From contig JBHPIO010000006.1 of the NCBI GenBank assembly GCA_042568575.1, positions 1 through 64,000 on the forward strand: DNA of 64,000 nt. The letters run 5' to 3'. The DNA is from Patescibacteria group bacterium (GTDB lineage: Bacteria > Patescibacteriota > Gracilibacteria > UBA1369 > PNNO01). This document shows positions 52,401 through 57,899 of the stretch, one piece after another; positions within the stretch are counted from its first letter, which is position 1, and each line of letters opens with the position of its first letter. Both the position numbers and the translations under genes were made by a program. The notes below the pieces were generated by a model. The model had not been told where the DNA came from, searched no databases, and saw nothing but the letters and a program-made list of their open reading frames with translations.

Positions 52401-53020
52401 ATCGCGTGCTTCAAGCATTCGACTGTTATGAAATAGACGACGACAAAGACGGAATGCCAAGCGTATGGGAACTTCAGTACGGCCTTGATCCGTTTGATCC
52501 TTCAGACGCAAATGAAGATCCAGACAAAGAAGGTCTCATCAACCTGGACGAATATAGATTTGGCACAAATCCATTTAATCCTGATACAGATGCAGGTGGA
52601 ACAAACGATAAAGACGAAGTAGACCATGGAACAAACCCTGTAAACTTCCCTGCCGACGATCCTTTTGATGACGATAATGACGGACTAACAACTCGAGATG
52701 AAATAAACATATACGGAACAGACCCATATAACCCAGATACAGACGGCGGAAGCGTTATGGACGGACTCGAAGTTTCTCGTGGAACAGATCCACTGGATCC
52801 TTCTGATGACCTACTCTCAATCGCAAGAGATCCTAGAAGTGGACTTGAAGAAGGCATCTACATCGTTGAAGAAGCATGTAATTCATGTCCATGTGTATCC
52901 GCAATTGATCACAAAGCGGACCTAATACCAGGCGACCTCTTCTTCTCAATCATTAGTACAACCGACCTTTCTACTATATTCGCCAAGAGCAATCAGCTCA
53001 TATTTAAAGGACTAAATTAA
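37430..53020 (+). CDS. giant (5196 aa) secreted multidomain surface protein
   Basis: Signal peptide (PIASA|Q); DxDxDG Ca-binding (TSP3-like) clusters; two SLH triplets; Ig-like repeats; FG-GAP repeats (ADYNNDTLEDILL, GDFNNDGYDDIVV, GDMNNDDFADIVI); DUF11-like (VVYTITLSNT); PKD-like (IDASKSFD); TG-C-TAAAAT extended -10 at 37387-37395. Confidence 0.9.
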   Translation: MAKKYKNKISKLIAGLLIPVILGVQLLNVPIASAQFGNNQPSEPTEVTSLIAVLVQDSLLEDNQQYPGLTSDYAGYLDELTLRDRIYRYARDAQLSQPFTRSVILRVSENQSPVEISQALETLYFKGDGKDELPSQLDGVIVVGDVPLPVVNKNGYRFVSLFPYTDFEEKAYIYNARSNEFERNEDILFPRVESWHGVINPPELEVDTASALAGYFDKNHLFHIGHEDFINDDAPDLLQCPTAGLDCYKYNRKLLFADIYWEQELIDKDSLPRYENYTKYLEDISYMRFTKTFLRELAGVGGEGEGDGLDDDLDGFIDEDLENGIDDDGDGLIDEDAGTNPENLDEETAALFDTLPDVLSRNIILSYAMKYPELLRNYIQTSNDLVEGISRYNEYDSPVALIAIKDLHAQEYLRKVNDALEKRVDEIVDELQDPIPIIEEAEITGEITFENNNTASLSTYNFTNYSKKLYNDPDLGVRDVVYFNGKSALELETAQECTLFRGSNATDDLVGQVIEANRVYHRETADSSVDNTGYSTCFGENTDTPERCFPEKAEKDLFDLMGTHIREDVPDSALTYAGCYDFREEARFNQYMLEVNGYLLALATALTEEEKDLIALPGDKHLPAEDIVLYTNPNITLKDLLDLYGGYDVKDNDGDGEIDEADEYSLSYRIDDDDWYSIGRDILGNRKTHFIIDDPPFLGIKQIDITINQIKGVELKPADATHAFPYIGVSEVPSITYHKEPTLETIQQQLEAGFIDALPADNPRYVAFQDQDGKLQKIIYPNTFKSTSGEDFVQSLVDLEEYLVNLPGADPTDIEGKLAEVIEEEENLYEDIEENVLLYTSQGMVTEAVDWINLSIDKKHAYAISAYMDRDTDAFIGDEDVDYEYLYFVSDGKADEIEFAVNKDAQVVDRDSEWLDPEAQLDPEAAEEEEESGGGEAINFLVWLPYLVEYLDELASLTSASGFTASCGEFGGGSNLGDFLLGLDSDGDGILDSEDANPNSIDADGDGVPDGAEATSVIQLTFQDGASTVPFDSTDSYTVTATALDAFGDRVLTDSFTQVAFDIVQPEIGQRAELAGADTLNLVAGQAVFSIRPTGTPGDFSLIGHTTNRPTTIVSNTLVITSDEKSVRILTYKMEVVEPPTYTQEVLQNYIVKDENGNDIAEIDSDTGKIMIKDSAYETEVFESLPSRPMRIGIIEIQSGNIIASVVIISNEIATPEIHESSYSFEDNALQLEGLHVKDVSNSPYIQAYAQESTGDSPAPVYILENSGIFSKRIAKLTPEGKVFVADEYFIQIKNGNDTKAPYIFEIVDSNGAKLIEFYIGYGQGSLEILEETDQLEEFNLISSAIKYLFPKAFAQSSLTDDTDNDGLTDIEELFIGTDRIISDSDADGFDDGEEIQAGYDPIRKDAELFTDLPKDHPAHDAFMQLLLRGTISRTDDGKIRPDDLITREEYVQMVLGITCVNCWSFSDQTKQNVQNTYNSSPFPDTDISETYLYCVEESKNQGIVSGYAEGADAGYFKPTYEISRAEAIKVILEAAELDSSTYYDASKPWYYHYALKAQEENIFPEQTSEQLLAVTYASTDDFKVWVDNQLLTTNNFFEQWMMASVTRSEFALMVRNVVETFDCYNEDKDGDGLPDNLELYQYNTAADNPDTDGGGLDDLSEVLEGKDPFNPDDDLIYDSDKDGMTDEWEETYELDPFDPADAYFDDDLDGLINLHEYERDTNPLDPDTDDGGISDGDEVWLQSTDPLDGSDDIGDFLLEAGVYAVGANIERDVVFETIVAGEEEEVPVYIDNMPADGESTLFLTAEIVDGNGDIITSDNSSVVEFIIRSTSTTNSEIEQTKVRVNEGVAITQVTSNIKAGLVDIDARILNNEHPVEIHNVYIEPLEPVEMEVVAASPVIKTGGLSKTPLAISLYDEHGNITNNDFFEVTVKTEGPGELDKSVDTNPDQEGIQLQSYEGVFNVDLYSTDVEGEVDVTASLAKDVENYETEEITVTSLSLTANATVSTREDIAIVFEADKDFVVANGEDIITLRAQAVDSSGDPIEGFNQQIVFKTSNDSAGGFIDETVQNLIDGDSQIRFMSSTKVGPLEISATASGVDPGSAVIPMLAGDAYEVRLIPDEATFDASPLNNVRVEASVYDKYGNFVDYEDTIQISFRVTQATEKYAEVVSDEIVVTDNGTAEVFLSGKKISGPVNLVASADGLISGTLKLETVSKVTGEDLVGDYPEVLYATMLGGPFGDTQNKNHIGGELLFAGKTQAVTSTTTHPKPPKPLIHVQTSGGIDILDEAQVSTEFIAANGNFTPNRVLIQDPDFQENLAEVYFVYPSDMSMVHQKNSYNEILQEGIFVKQITDSEEYDVALKLDSISITHNGIEAVTINNTGNLQLHDNLIDISINDADSPFLALSIKRGDETIADVVFAQNLNADVQIVDADFEFQVGYPYQPGIYIKPLTRLPQYEVEPAYSGYSTHLPKGAQIVNTDLEIPQEQAPGFSYSSFAKALDEQGVGFDGDNKHGLFFAGGNNVGVSNEPYSSEIGINLGDPTVRIQNEDLAGVSGYTKDIGQPLFYGDEPVQEIMLADYNNDTLEDILLAYESGEIRLLQNQLSADQFNNKGLLLNIANGIYSAGSGDFNNDGYDDIVVATKESCVGKEVCIDLYVNNGGQFDRINLDLDLEDKISDLEVGDMNNDDFADIVIADFSGNIKVYYNNFGEIDPEGQILDNLGISVDKNADLKHEVLIRYFGMIQEDPDSYEDDFNYKALELRTGAPEANPHISASDQAALEELGANEEDFATAETLMFIYMDSDPVFGTADSSKKAVDVNGSTLTMEDKVVYTITLSNTTAADIEDVMINDIMPDMFDFDPESISCLNCGDDEIEVIESGLSLRPFVVSGINIPAGESRIITYEIETISVPNVSIELNKNYDQPFIQDSYFDISANPEGNNSGKLVFFYSVSQDTETGRMSYATHVAEAEAGEPIQGPDIEIPPDDDDDGFPDDAPDDLKDVHDNLTKEDEDGDGIPNSWDEVSGAIDAVSDKVIDVLGEMSCGGGSGGLPIPINFAFFAPGPINAMGIPVGTDPGLPVFGWGAPSTIPIWPPTPYQSTTGGRLYIVPTLTGKLATAVCLGPYMGGSCWAFVIPDIPGFPPSSGGGVADTESYCEVITESSASSMIKAANFVSSPSSGSVLINGQGLTSSNIPQDSDIGHSLRPENGGLTGSSSLGSYSVNISAKTNVKIPGFVNVITAWFAKQQEEVVTKLSDLPDLYVLYPNPESIVNPIPPEPKFKNFTDVLTYVNKLPLVDLESRSVVIKIPAISQSEIKKMQNELKNWVVAAKAELKRAKAVWECDKKSGQKTICDKLVVDVGGLIQKVEKNIKRLEEYKKLPRKILEWRNVHMKYIYQVICYLDTIIQYMGGYIKKQEVRIKEWIDLVKQIRETLKSWSMAANLMVDYMKCDSCKTERNSLISLLMNFMVVIPELPVIPMPKWPDFYFDFSQIKLGLKIIWPDVKFKAEQVIFPSIPTLTIPDVPTLTVKLDLEIPELPALPQLPELPDLPPLPLPTLPDIPKPPKIPNILSPLKITLGAMSKIVKILCLLKKGLIPVNESYLKTHIESLTARPLKATLPLDFIFKFQTPNISIPFVEKIKVTTKVDFSLETEQIYNAANDVAKVWNSLATDLVEATNKGIDIVEDAAGSLANPEIPQGSINLDLSTYLQEEVDSTYALLIEQSEKQQEYIDSLPDSYHLVAEQTYVSPDHSSLHQDIDEIKARIASEDLPESVQQNNLTALRNAMVAFVDDENSKASIVEQSESYDNIVYLANNYPSLSDYVNKDVLVASTDPTPLPSVESEEVQGFSEVEEMARLIAINTDAVSSNLVDPDEAMNPSIGQFVEGLFVYNADTSINEKILMYKGEQDLEHNGAFMDIDEDNDEDIIYSYGGNVYLKENYTNPKSSKYSKYSAKSPDVYNLSEFAPFSPSVNGYETNYESGTETDFDWTADYSSQTAGYEIVYKDSLQDFDKPYATPSHKINIFEKPETFTTIGRVREDIEITVIEGTFTVNDETTSLYTFGDTIETGGESNTQVIITFSDSSQIVLGANTSITLPEYVPGNLTVTVHKGNPVFRSNFFTNLFLQEGSGVVTEDGEATLEYKNGDKVTVQPDTVFFGSFTEEGYAYIEQADGDAVITAIPRTIVDQFSSTQIVQTGQVIHTMEDSTLVIRPEEESRQILELSANTILPIPQSYASSLELNVMTGKVEIMTPNTDRIENIPLEKGMFVQFEDKISVSSGQVIVKYSFGPQTYLNTGDTLTLKELIDPDNPFFTLDTGVENYYSQTYTFNNSGYRSNPSEVELFAPQLCSDKDVPFAEAGPSSKQVIIFQELEIDASKSFDTSGEIVGYYLDTDPSEDSDGDDDPENDVDIANQDPLDPVFKLGPFEETGTKQVVLNVVDESENIGKQIIDIEIIVPQITLNKSSDHEEEVTGYIDPAAEGIPIHLVRNRDGVIKQIISESADEFGQYFTDENGEFIIADLEYEDTILLRNSDGNIIAEIDDTTGRIVIVDNRYYVDVLEATPPNLPTRVVVKEKATDIIMLTLLMIPDLNTDVSIDQTDTVYTTETITDYEGVHLKDTNNIDTFEITPLPASDPNFTGAAEIRETTTDSRISIVDSGGNIYFFNEHLDLRLKQAATPDEPILIEMLYDTNVISEIYIAVNNGRLAEITNRKALNMPPESDIVSDQDKDGMPDWFEFKYGFDAQNPGDASGDADGDGLSNLEESRLGTNPLDPDSDGDGFTDSEEVAYGKDPTEKASSPFVDVSAEHPYYDSIVNLSQRNILRGTLQDGDLYFNPDSFIARQDFTDIILKMLCIVPRSESYKEPPLFSDMPFTQATELGQDYYYPVVKEAVLQGFITGYIGEVDEELGLAPFKPLNTISRAEAAKIVLEALEHQKIITLRDVQQAEDEAWYEPYMRLATDITPTLLEESAVKQTYILTPEEAADPNASITRAEFVALADRVLQAFDCYEIDDDKDGMPSVWELQYGLDPFDPSDANEDPDKEGLINLDEYRFGTNPFNPDTDAGGTNDKDEVDHGTNPVNFPADDPFDDDNDGLTTRDEINIYGTDPYNPDTDGGSVMDGLEVSRGTDPLDPSDDLLSIARDPRSGLEEGIYIVEEACNSCPCVSAIDHKADLIPGDLFFSIISTTDLSTIFAKSNQLIFKGLN

Positions 53021-53026
53021 TAAACC

Positions 53027-53608
53027 ATGAATATACTCACACACAAAAAATCGATAATGAAACTCGGAATAGGTGCAGTCCTAATAGCATCTATTATGGC
53101 TTCGTGGCTTGTATTCGCGACGTCACTGCATGCAGCGGATCCAGAGCCAAACGAAAAGGATGTTAAGTGTACTCTCGAAATGAAACCTTTCATCAAAACT
53201 GAAGGTGATAAATTTAGAACATACTTACAGGCACACTTTAAGAACAAGAGTAAGAACTCAAGCCTTCTTGATCTAGCTTTAAAGCGTTTTGAGATCTACA
53301 AACAGACACTTTGGAACAAGGCTCAAAATTACTATCCACAATCAGGACTTCCGGTTCTTTCCGAATCCACAGATGCACTCCAGTGCATAAAACTGGTAAA
53401 AAATGACATCAACATATCAGAAGAGCTACTCAAACAATATTTCTTAGAAACATCTGATATCAAAACAACATCGATACTTATGACAAAACTCGAAAAGATA
53501 AACAAAAAATTGGATGGTCTTAACAGACAAGTAATACAAATGCTCGGCAAGTGGGAAACACTTAAAGACCGCATACCATGTTTCACTGGTAAATGTATCT
53601 CAGGTTAA
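53027..53608 (+). CDS. secreted helical hypothetical protein, C-terminal Cys pair
   Basis: Signal peptide (SLHA); ends PCFTGKCISG; 6 bp after the giant gene. Confidence 0.75.
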   Translation: MNILTHKKSIMKLGIGAVLIASIMASWLVFATSLHAADPEPNEKDVKCTLEMKPFIKTEGDKFRTYLQAHFKNKSKNSSLLDLALKRFEIYKQTLWNKAQNYYPQSGLPVLSESTDALQCIKLVKNDINISEELLKQYFLETSDIKTTSILMTKLEKINKKLDGLNRQVIQMLGKWETLKDRIPCFTGKCISG

Positions 53609-53617
53609 CAACTTCTT

Positions 53618-54250
53618 ATGATATATGTAAAAAAATCGAAAATCTGGCTGGCTCTTACTATCGTCTTCTTTATCGTCTTTAACACGATATCTATAGAAAG
53701 CCTCTATGCGGAAGCGACAAGTAACCCATACAACAACAATAAATTGACGTTCTACGAACTTCAAAAGCTATATCATACTCGGATAAATGATTTATTTAAT
53801 GCGAAGACAAAGTTACTTGAGAAGGGTGAGAAAGGGCCTGGAACAGGTGTAATCCCGCAAGGTGACGAATGTGAAGAGAAAAACTACAGCACTTTCTGTT
53901 TAGCGACTACTGCAGCGAAAGAATACCAAAATTACGAGATTGCACTTGAAAGCCGCAAAAGCAAAATAGAATTCACGGGTGAAAACATTTCAGTAACGCT
54001 CGAAAAAGCGACTACAACAGCAATAAGTCAGGCAGCCGAAATCAATAACGAGCTTGTGGCAGCGAAAAGAGCGCTCGACACATCTGTCAAAACATACAAC
54101 GAGCTAAGTGTTGCATACACCATGCACTTACAATACGAAGAAGTAATCAAAAGCTTAACCAAATATAAAAACAAACTTTCCGAATACTACGAACAAGTTG
54201 GAACTTATCCAAACAAGTTTGTCGATGCAACTTCACTCTCATGCTTATAA
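53618..54250 (+). CDS. secreted helical hypothetical protein
   Basis: Signal peptide (SLYA); CEEKNYSTFC; ends SLSCL. Confidence 0.75.
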   Translation: MIYVKKSKIWLALTIVFFIVFNTISIESLYAEATSNPYNNNKLTFYELQKLYHTRINDLFNAKTKLLEKGEKGPGTGVIPQGDECEEKNYSTFCLATTAAKEYQNYEIALESRKSKIEFTGENISVTLEKATTTAISQAAEINNELVAAKRALDTSVKTYNELSVAYTMHLQYEEVIKSLTKYKNKLSEYYEQVGTYPNKFVDATSLSCL

Positions 54251-54251
54251 T

Positions 54252-55790
54252 ATGAAAAAAACACTCCTCAACATATCGGTAATCTCTCTTGCATTAGCCC
54301 TTCTATGGACTGGATTGTTTGCTGGAACAATCAATGTTACTCATGCAGCAGATTCAGATAAAAGAGCAATCGATGAGGTAATTGAGGAAGCAAAAGCGAA
54401 AAAGAACAAGTTCCTCGCTCACGACATGTACTTGAATATTTATGTTGAAGTAAACGACAAGCCGGAAAAGAAAGCTACAAAAGCTGCTGCAAGCAAACTC
54501 GGAATGAGTGAAGATCAAGTAAGTAGTGTCGCTAAACAAGGAGATCTATCTTCTTTATACGAAAGTTCAAAGACACTAGACAAAACACATCAACAATACA
54601 TTAAAGTCCTAGACTCATATAATAAAGCGTTGGCAACAGAAAGCCTACGTACAGAACTCGAACAAGCAGTTAAACCAAGTGAAATCTTTGCCGATGGCGA
54701 CACGTCAAACTCAGACTTCGACTTAATCCATGACCTGTCTATCATAGAAGAGATTTTGTTTAATGAAAAATCAAAAAGCGACTTCGGTGGAACCTTCAAC
54801 TCGCCATCTGTCGACACGACAGATTCGGGCGAACAAGAAGAACTTGCCGACCTATTTGATGATCCAAGCCTTCTCCCAGATGAAGAAGGTGATGACGAAG
54901 CTCCAAAGGAAGATGATGAAGGCCTTGAGCCATTAGAATGTTTTGAAGGAGACGATGCTCTTACAAATTCCCTACAAGACTTTGAAGACGAACAGGCTAC
55001 GCAAGCAGAAGCAGGAGCCGGCGAAGGCGAGGAAGATCCTTTTGGTGACGAAACAACAGAAGAGGAAGAATTCCCTAAAGCACCTGAAGACGAATGGTCT
55101 TTAGATGACTTGTGTCCAGATGGCGCTCCATTCTGCATAGACATTGAATTCATCATGAAGAAAGCTTCAATTGGGCCGTTTAAAGGATCCAAGAGTGATT
55201 GTGTTGAATGCACAGTACAAAAGATCAACAAAGCATTTGACGACACACTCGCAAAACCGCTTTCAGCAAATAAAGTTACCGGAAACGTACTTGAAGTAGC
55301 TAAATGTAAAAAGAGCCTCACTGTACTTCCAGCAAATATGAAGATCACAACGGTTGCAGTAGCAGTTCCTCAGTCTACCAACTTGTTTGCACCTTCAAGT
55401 ATTGGTGAAGAATGGAAGAAGTTTAATGAAAGAACAAATCCATTGTGGTATCAGAAAACAGATAAAGCCGCTGCAGAAGACCTTAAAAAGGAAGATCCGT
55501 CGCAAGAAGATCGAGCTGCAAGAAAAGGTATAACCACTGCAGGACCTGGTGCAACACTCGATGATGTTCAGCAGCGCACTCAAAATATTGTGAAAAGCCA
55601 AAAAGATCAGGCAGATAAAGATGCAGACCTCGCAAAACAACAGGAAACTGCAGAAAAACAGAATCGTCATTATTCAAACCTTCTACGTGAAATAACTACA
55701 ATGAACCTTCATTTCCAGAGCATGAAAGAAACATTCGAAAAAATGAAGACACCATGTAGCGAACTAGCTAACAAATCCAAATGCAAATAA
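54252..55790 (+). CDS. secreted hypothetical protein with acidic linker and Cys pairs
   Basis: Start ATG 54252, signal peptide (VTHA); FADGDTSNSDFDLIHDL; CPDGAPFC, CVEC; ends PCSELANKSKCK. Confidence 0.78.
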   Translation: MKKTLLNISVISLALALLWTGLFAGTINVTHAADSDKRAIDEVIEEAKAKKNKFLAHDMYLNIYVEVNDKPEKKATKAAASKLGMSEDQVSSVAKQGDLSSLYESSKTLDKTHQQYIKVLDSYNKALATESLRTELEQAVKPSEIFADGDTSNSDFDLIHDLSIIEEILFNEKSKSDFGGTFNSPSVDTTDSGEQEELADLFDDPSLLPDEEGDDEAPKEDDEGLEPLECFEGDDALTNSLQDFEDEQATQAEAGAGEGEEDPFGDETTEEEEFPKAPEDEWSLDDLCPDGAPFCIDIEFIMKKASIGPFKGSKSDCVECTVQKINKAFDDTLAKPLSANKVTGNVLEVAKCKKSLTVLPANMKITTVAVAVPQSTNLFAPSSIGEEWKKFNERTNPLWYQKTDKAAAEDLKKEDPSQEDRAARKGITTAGPGATLDDVQQRTQNIVKSQKDQADKDADLAKQQETAEKQNRHYSNLLREITTMNLHFQSMKETFEKMKTPCSELANKSKCK

Positions 55791-55792
55791 TC

Positions 55793-56812
55793 ATGAAAAC
55801 AATTAAGAAGATAATCGTAACACTTACACTAATAAGTGTAATAACTACCGCTGCACCTATTGCAAACGCGCAAAATACAGGTAAAGAGCTGTTTTGTCAG
55901 CGTGACTGGGCATCGTTTATATCGTCGGTTATCTCTTACGACAGCTTTTCCGAATACTGGAAAGATATGTTCTACAGATACAACAAAAACATCTGCTACT
56001 ACACTGATATCGACAATATTCTCCAACAAGTCGAAAAAGCCCAAGAGCAAATAAGAAATGCTTTCTATACCTGCGATGCAGCGCGTGCCACACAGTTAAA
56101 GACCAGATATTATGAACTTGAAGCGGAACTCTTCTTCCTACGTAATTTCGTTGATATTTCAAAGAGCGAAATCAAAACAGTCCCTGATAAAAAGATCCAC
56201 GAAGCTCTTCGCGGCAATTTCGTAATAGGCAAATCATACTTCACAGAAGAAAGATCAACTGAATTGTTCGAGCAATTTAAACAAAAGTACGGAAAACGTG
56301 TGGCAACTACATATAAAGAATGTAGCGACCCAGGGCTAGAAGCACTCACAAAGAAATTTAAGGATCTTAAGAAAAGCTTCCAAAACATGGCCAGCGGCAA
56401 AACAGGAACCTCATTAAAGGATTACTGGAACAAAAGTCTAAACACTCCAGTGAAGCGAACAGGCAATTTCCTTGGTGGAGTTTTGGATGCACGGATAAAT
56501 GGACTCCCACCAAAGGAGGCAGTCGATAATATTTACAAGGAAGTGCAAAAAAGTCTACCACCAGACACACCGCCAACACTGAATGCGGTTCAAAATGCCA
56601 TCGCAAAAGAAGAAGATGACTATGCCGCGAAGCTTGAAAAAGCATCATTATTGGCGGAATATGAAGCACTATATAAGAACGGAACTGACTCAATGGCCAA
56701 AGATTTCGAAGCGAAACTGAAGCAATTAGATTCAATAATCAAGGGTACATACCCTGCATTTAACTCACTCATCGAGTGCTCGAAAAAGGCTAAGGATAAA
56801 CAATGCAAGTAA
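55793..56812 (+). CDS. secreted helical hypothetical protein with Cys pairs
   Basis: Start ATG 55793, signal peptide (IANA|Q); ends ECSKKAKDKQCK. Confidence 0.78.
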   Translation: MKTIKKIIVTLTLISVITTAAPIANAQNTGKELFCQRDWASFISSVISYDSFSEYWKDMFYRYNKNICYYTDIDNILQQVEKAQEQIRNAFYTCDAARATQLKTRYYELEAELFFLRNFVDISKSEIKTVPDKKIHEALRGNFVIGKSYFTEERSTELFEQFKQKYGKRVATTYKECSDPGLEALTKKFKDLKKSFQNMASGKTGTSLKDYWNKSLNTPVKRTGNFLGGVLDARINGLPPKEAVDNIYKEVQKSLPPDTPPTLNAVQNAIAKEEDDYAAKLEKASLLAEYEALYKNGTDSMAKDFEAKLKQLDSIIKGTYPAFNSLIECSKKAKDKQCK

Positions 56813-56890
56813 TTGCCTTAAGCATTTAGCTGCTTATACATGCGCATTTGACCTACGGCCCTCGGATGGATAAGTACGCAGAGCGAACGT

Positions 56891-56929
56891 GCAAAAAACT
56901 CCCGGGGTAAATATTGGGGAGTTTCTTGC
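56891..56929. terminator. bidirectional terminator between convergent operons
   Basis: GCAAAAAACTCCC...GGGAGTTTCTTGC inverted repeat. Confidence 0.65.
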
Positions 56930-56980
56930 TAAGGCTTTTCTAGGGCTTGTATTGTGGGGGTCGAATAATGTGGGGAGGAT

Positions 56981-57151
56981 CTAACGATGCACAAGTGCCA
57001 TAATTGTTCCTTTCAGTTTTCCCTTAATCAGATTACTACTATGTGGTCTGTTCAGTTTCTCATTAATTTCCGCGATGTCACTTTTACAGTAAGGGCATAT
57101 ATCTTTCATACTTGAGATAGCCTTACCGCAACTAATGCAATTAAAAATCAT
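56981..57151 (-). CDS. small zinc-ribbon protein (56 aa), absent from ORF track
   Basis: Hand translation MIFNCISCGKAISSMKDICPYCKSDIAEINEKLNRPHSSNLIKGKLKGTIMALVHR*; CxxC-x10-CxxC; starts 7 bp after the HTH gene stop. Confidence 0.75.
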   Translation of the reverse strand: MIFNCISCGKAISSMKDICPYCKSDIAEINEKLNRPHSSNLIKGKLKGTIMALVHR

Positions 57152-57158
57152 AAATAAT

Positions 57159-57470
57159 TTATTCCAGGATGTAATGGTCGTCTTTCTCTCTGTCCGAGAG
57201 GGTGTCTTCTACTTTAATATCTTCTTCAATCTTTTCTTCAACTGTTGTGGTTGCTTCTTTTTGCGTTTCTTGAGAGATGTCTTTCTTATCCGAAGGAGAA
57301 GCCATGAATCTTTCTTCGAGAAATTTCTCAACGTCACTTTCTCTGATCCTCCATACTCGCCCCAGCTTAAGTCCTCTTAATTTTCCTTCTTTAATATACT
57401 TAAGGACTGTAAAGGGGTGTACTTGGAGAATTTGCGATACTTGCTCTGACGTTAATAATTTGTCCGCCAT
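57159..57470 (-). CDS. excisionase-like HTH_17 DNA-binding protein
   Basis: LLTSEQVSQILQVHPFTVLKYIKEGKLRGLKLGRVWRIRESDVEKFLE. Confidence 0.9.
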   Translation of the reverse strand: MADKLLTSEQVSQILQVHPFTVLKYIKEGKLRGLKLGRVWRIRESDVEKFLEERFMASPSDKKDISQETQKEATTTVEEKIEEDIKVEDTLSDREKDDHYILE

Positions 57471-57899
57471 CCGATATAAATTAGAGTGATTTTATACAAT
57501 TTTGTTTAACTCTAATAAATTGTACCATTTCTAGGCAATCTGAGCAAGTTCTATGTAAACAACCTAAATTTCAAAAAGCATTAGTATATATATCACAATT
57601 TAAATAACTTTTCAATAGTTTTGGCAAGTTTAATTTAATTTAATTAAAGATGAAGTATGTTTCACACAATTTTATCAAATCTGATTAAAGGTCATTAAAC
57701 TTTCGCATATTTCATCAAATTTAGACACTTCCAGGCGTTTTAAGGATTTTTTTGACCACTTATACGTTTTTTATGGCTTGCGCGTTATATCGCATAAAAT
57801 TTAGTGGACAGTGATTTTGGATCAAGAATCATTTAATTTTACCTTTTATTGTAATTTTGATAAAATTAAATTATCCAATAAAAATATAATCGAAAAAAT

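Noticed and set aside
57159-57470. Prophage or ICE remnant
   Set aside because: No integrase, att repeat or phage gene nearby
57471-57899. Replication origin (AT-rich, near recF)
   Set aside because: No perfect DnaA boxes seen (only weak partial matches) and no dnaA/dnaN in the window; needs GC-skew analysis
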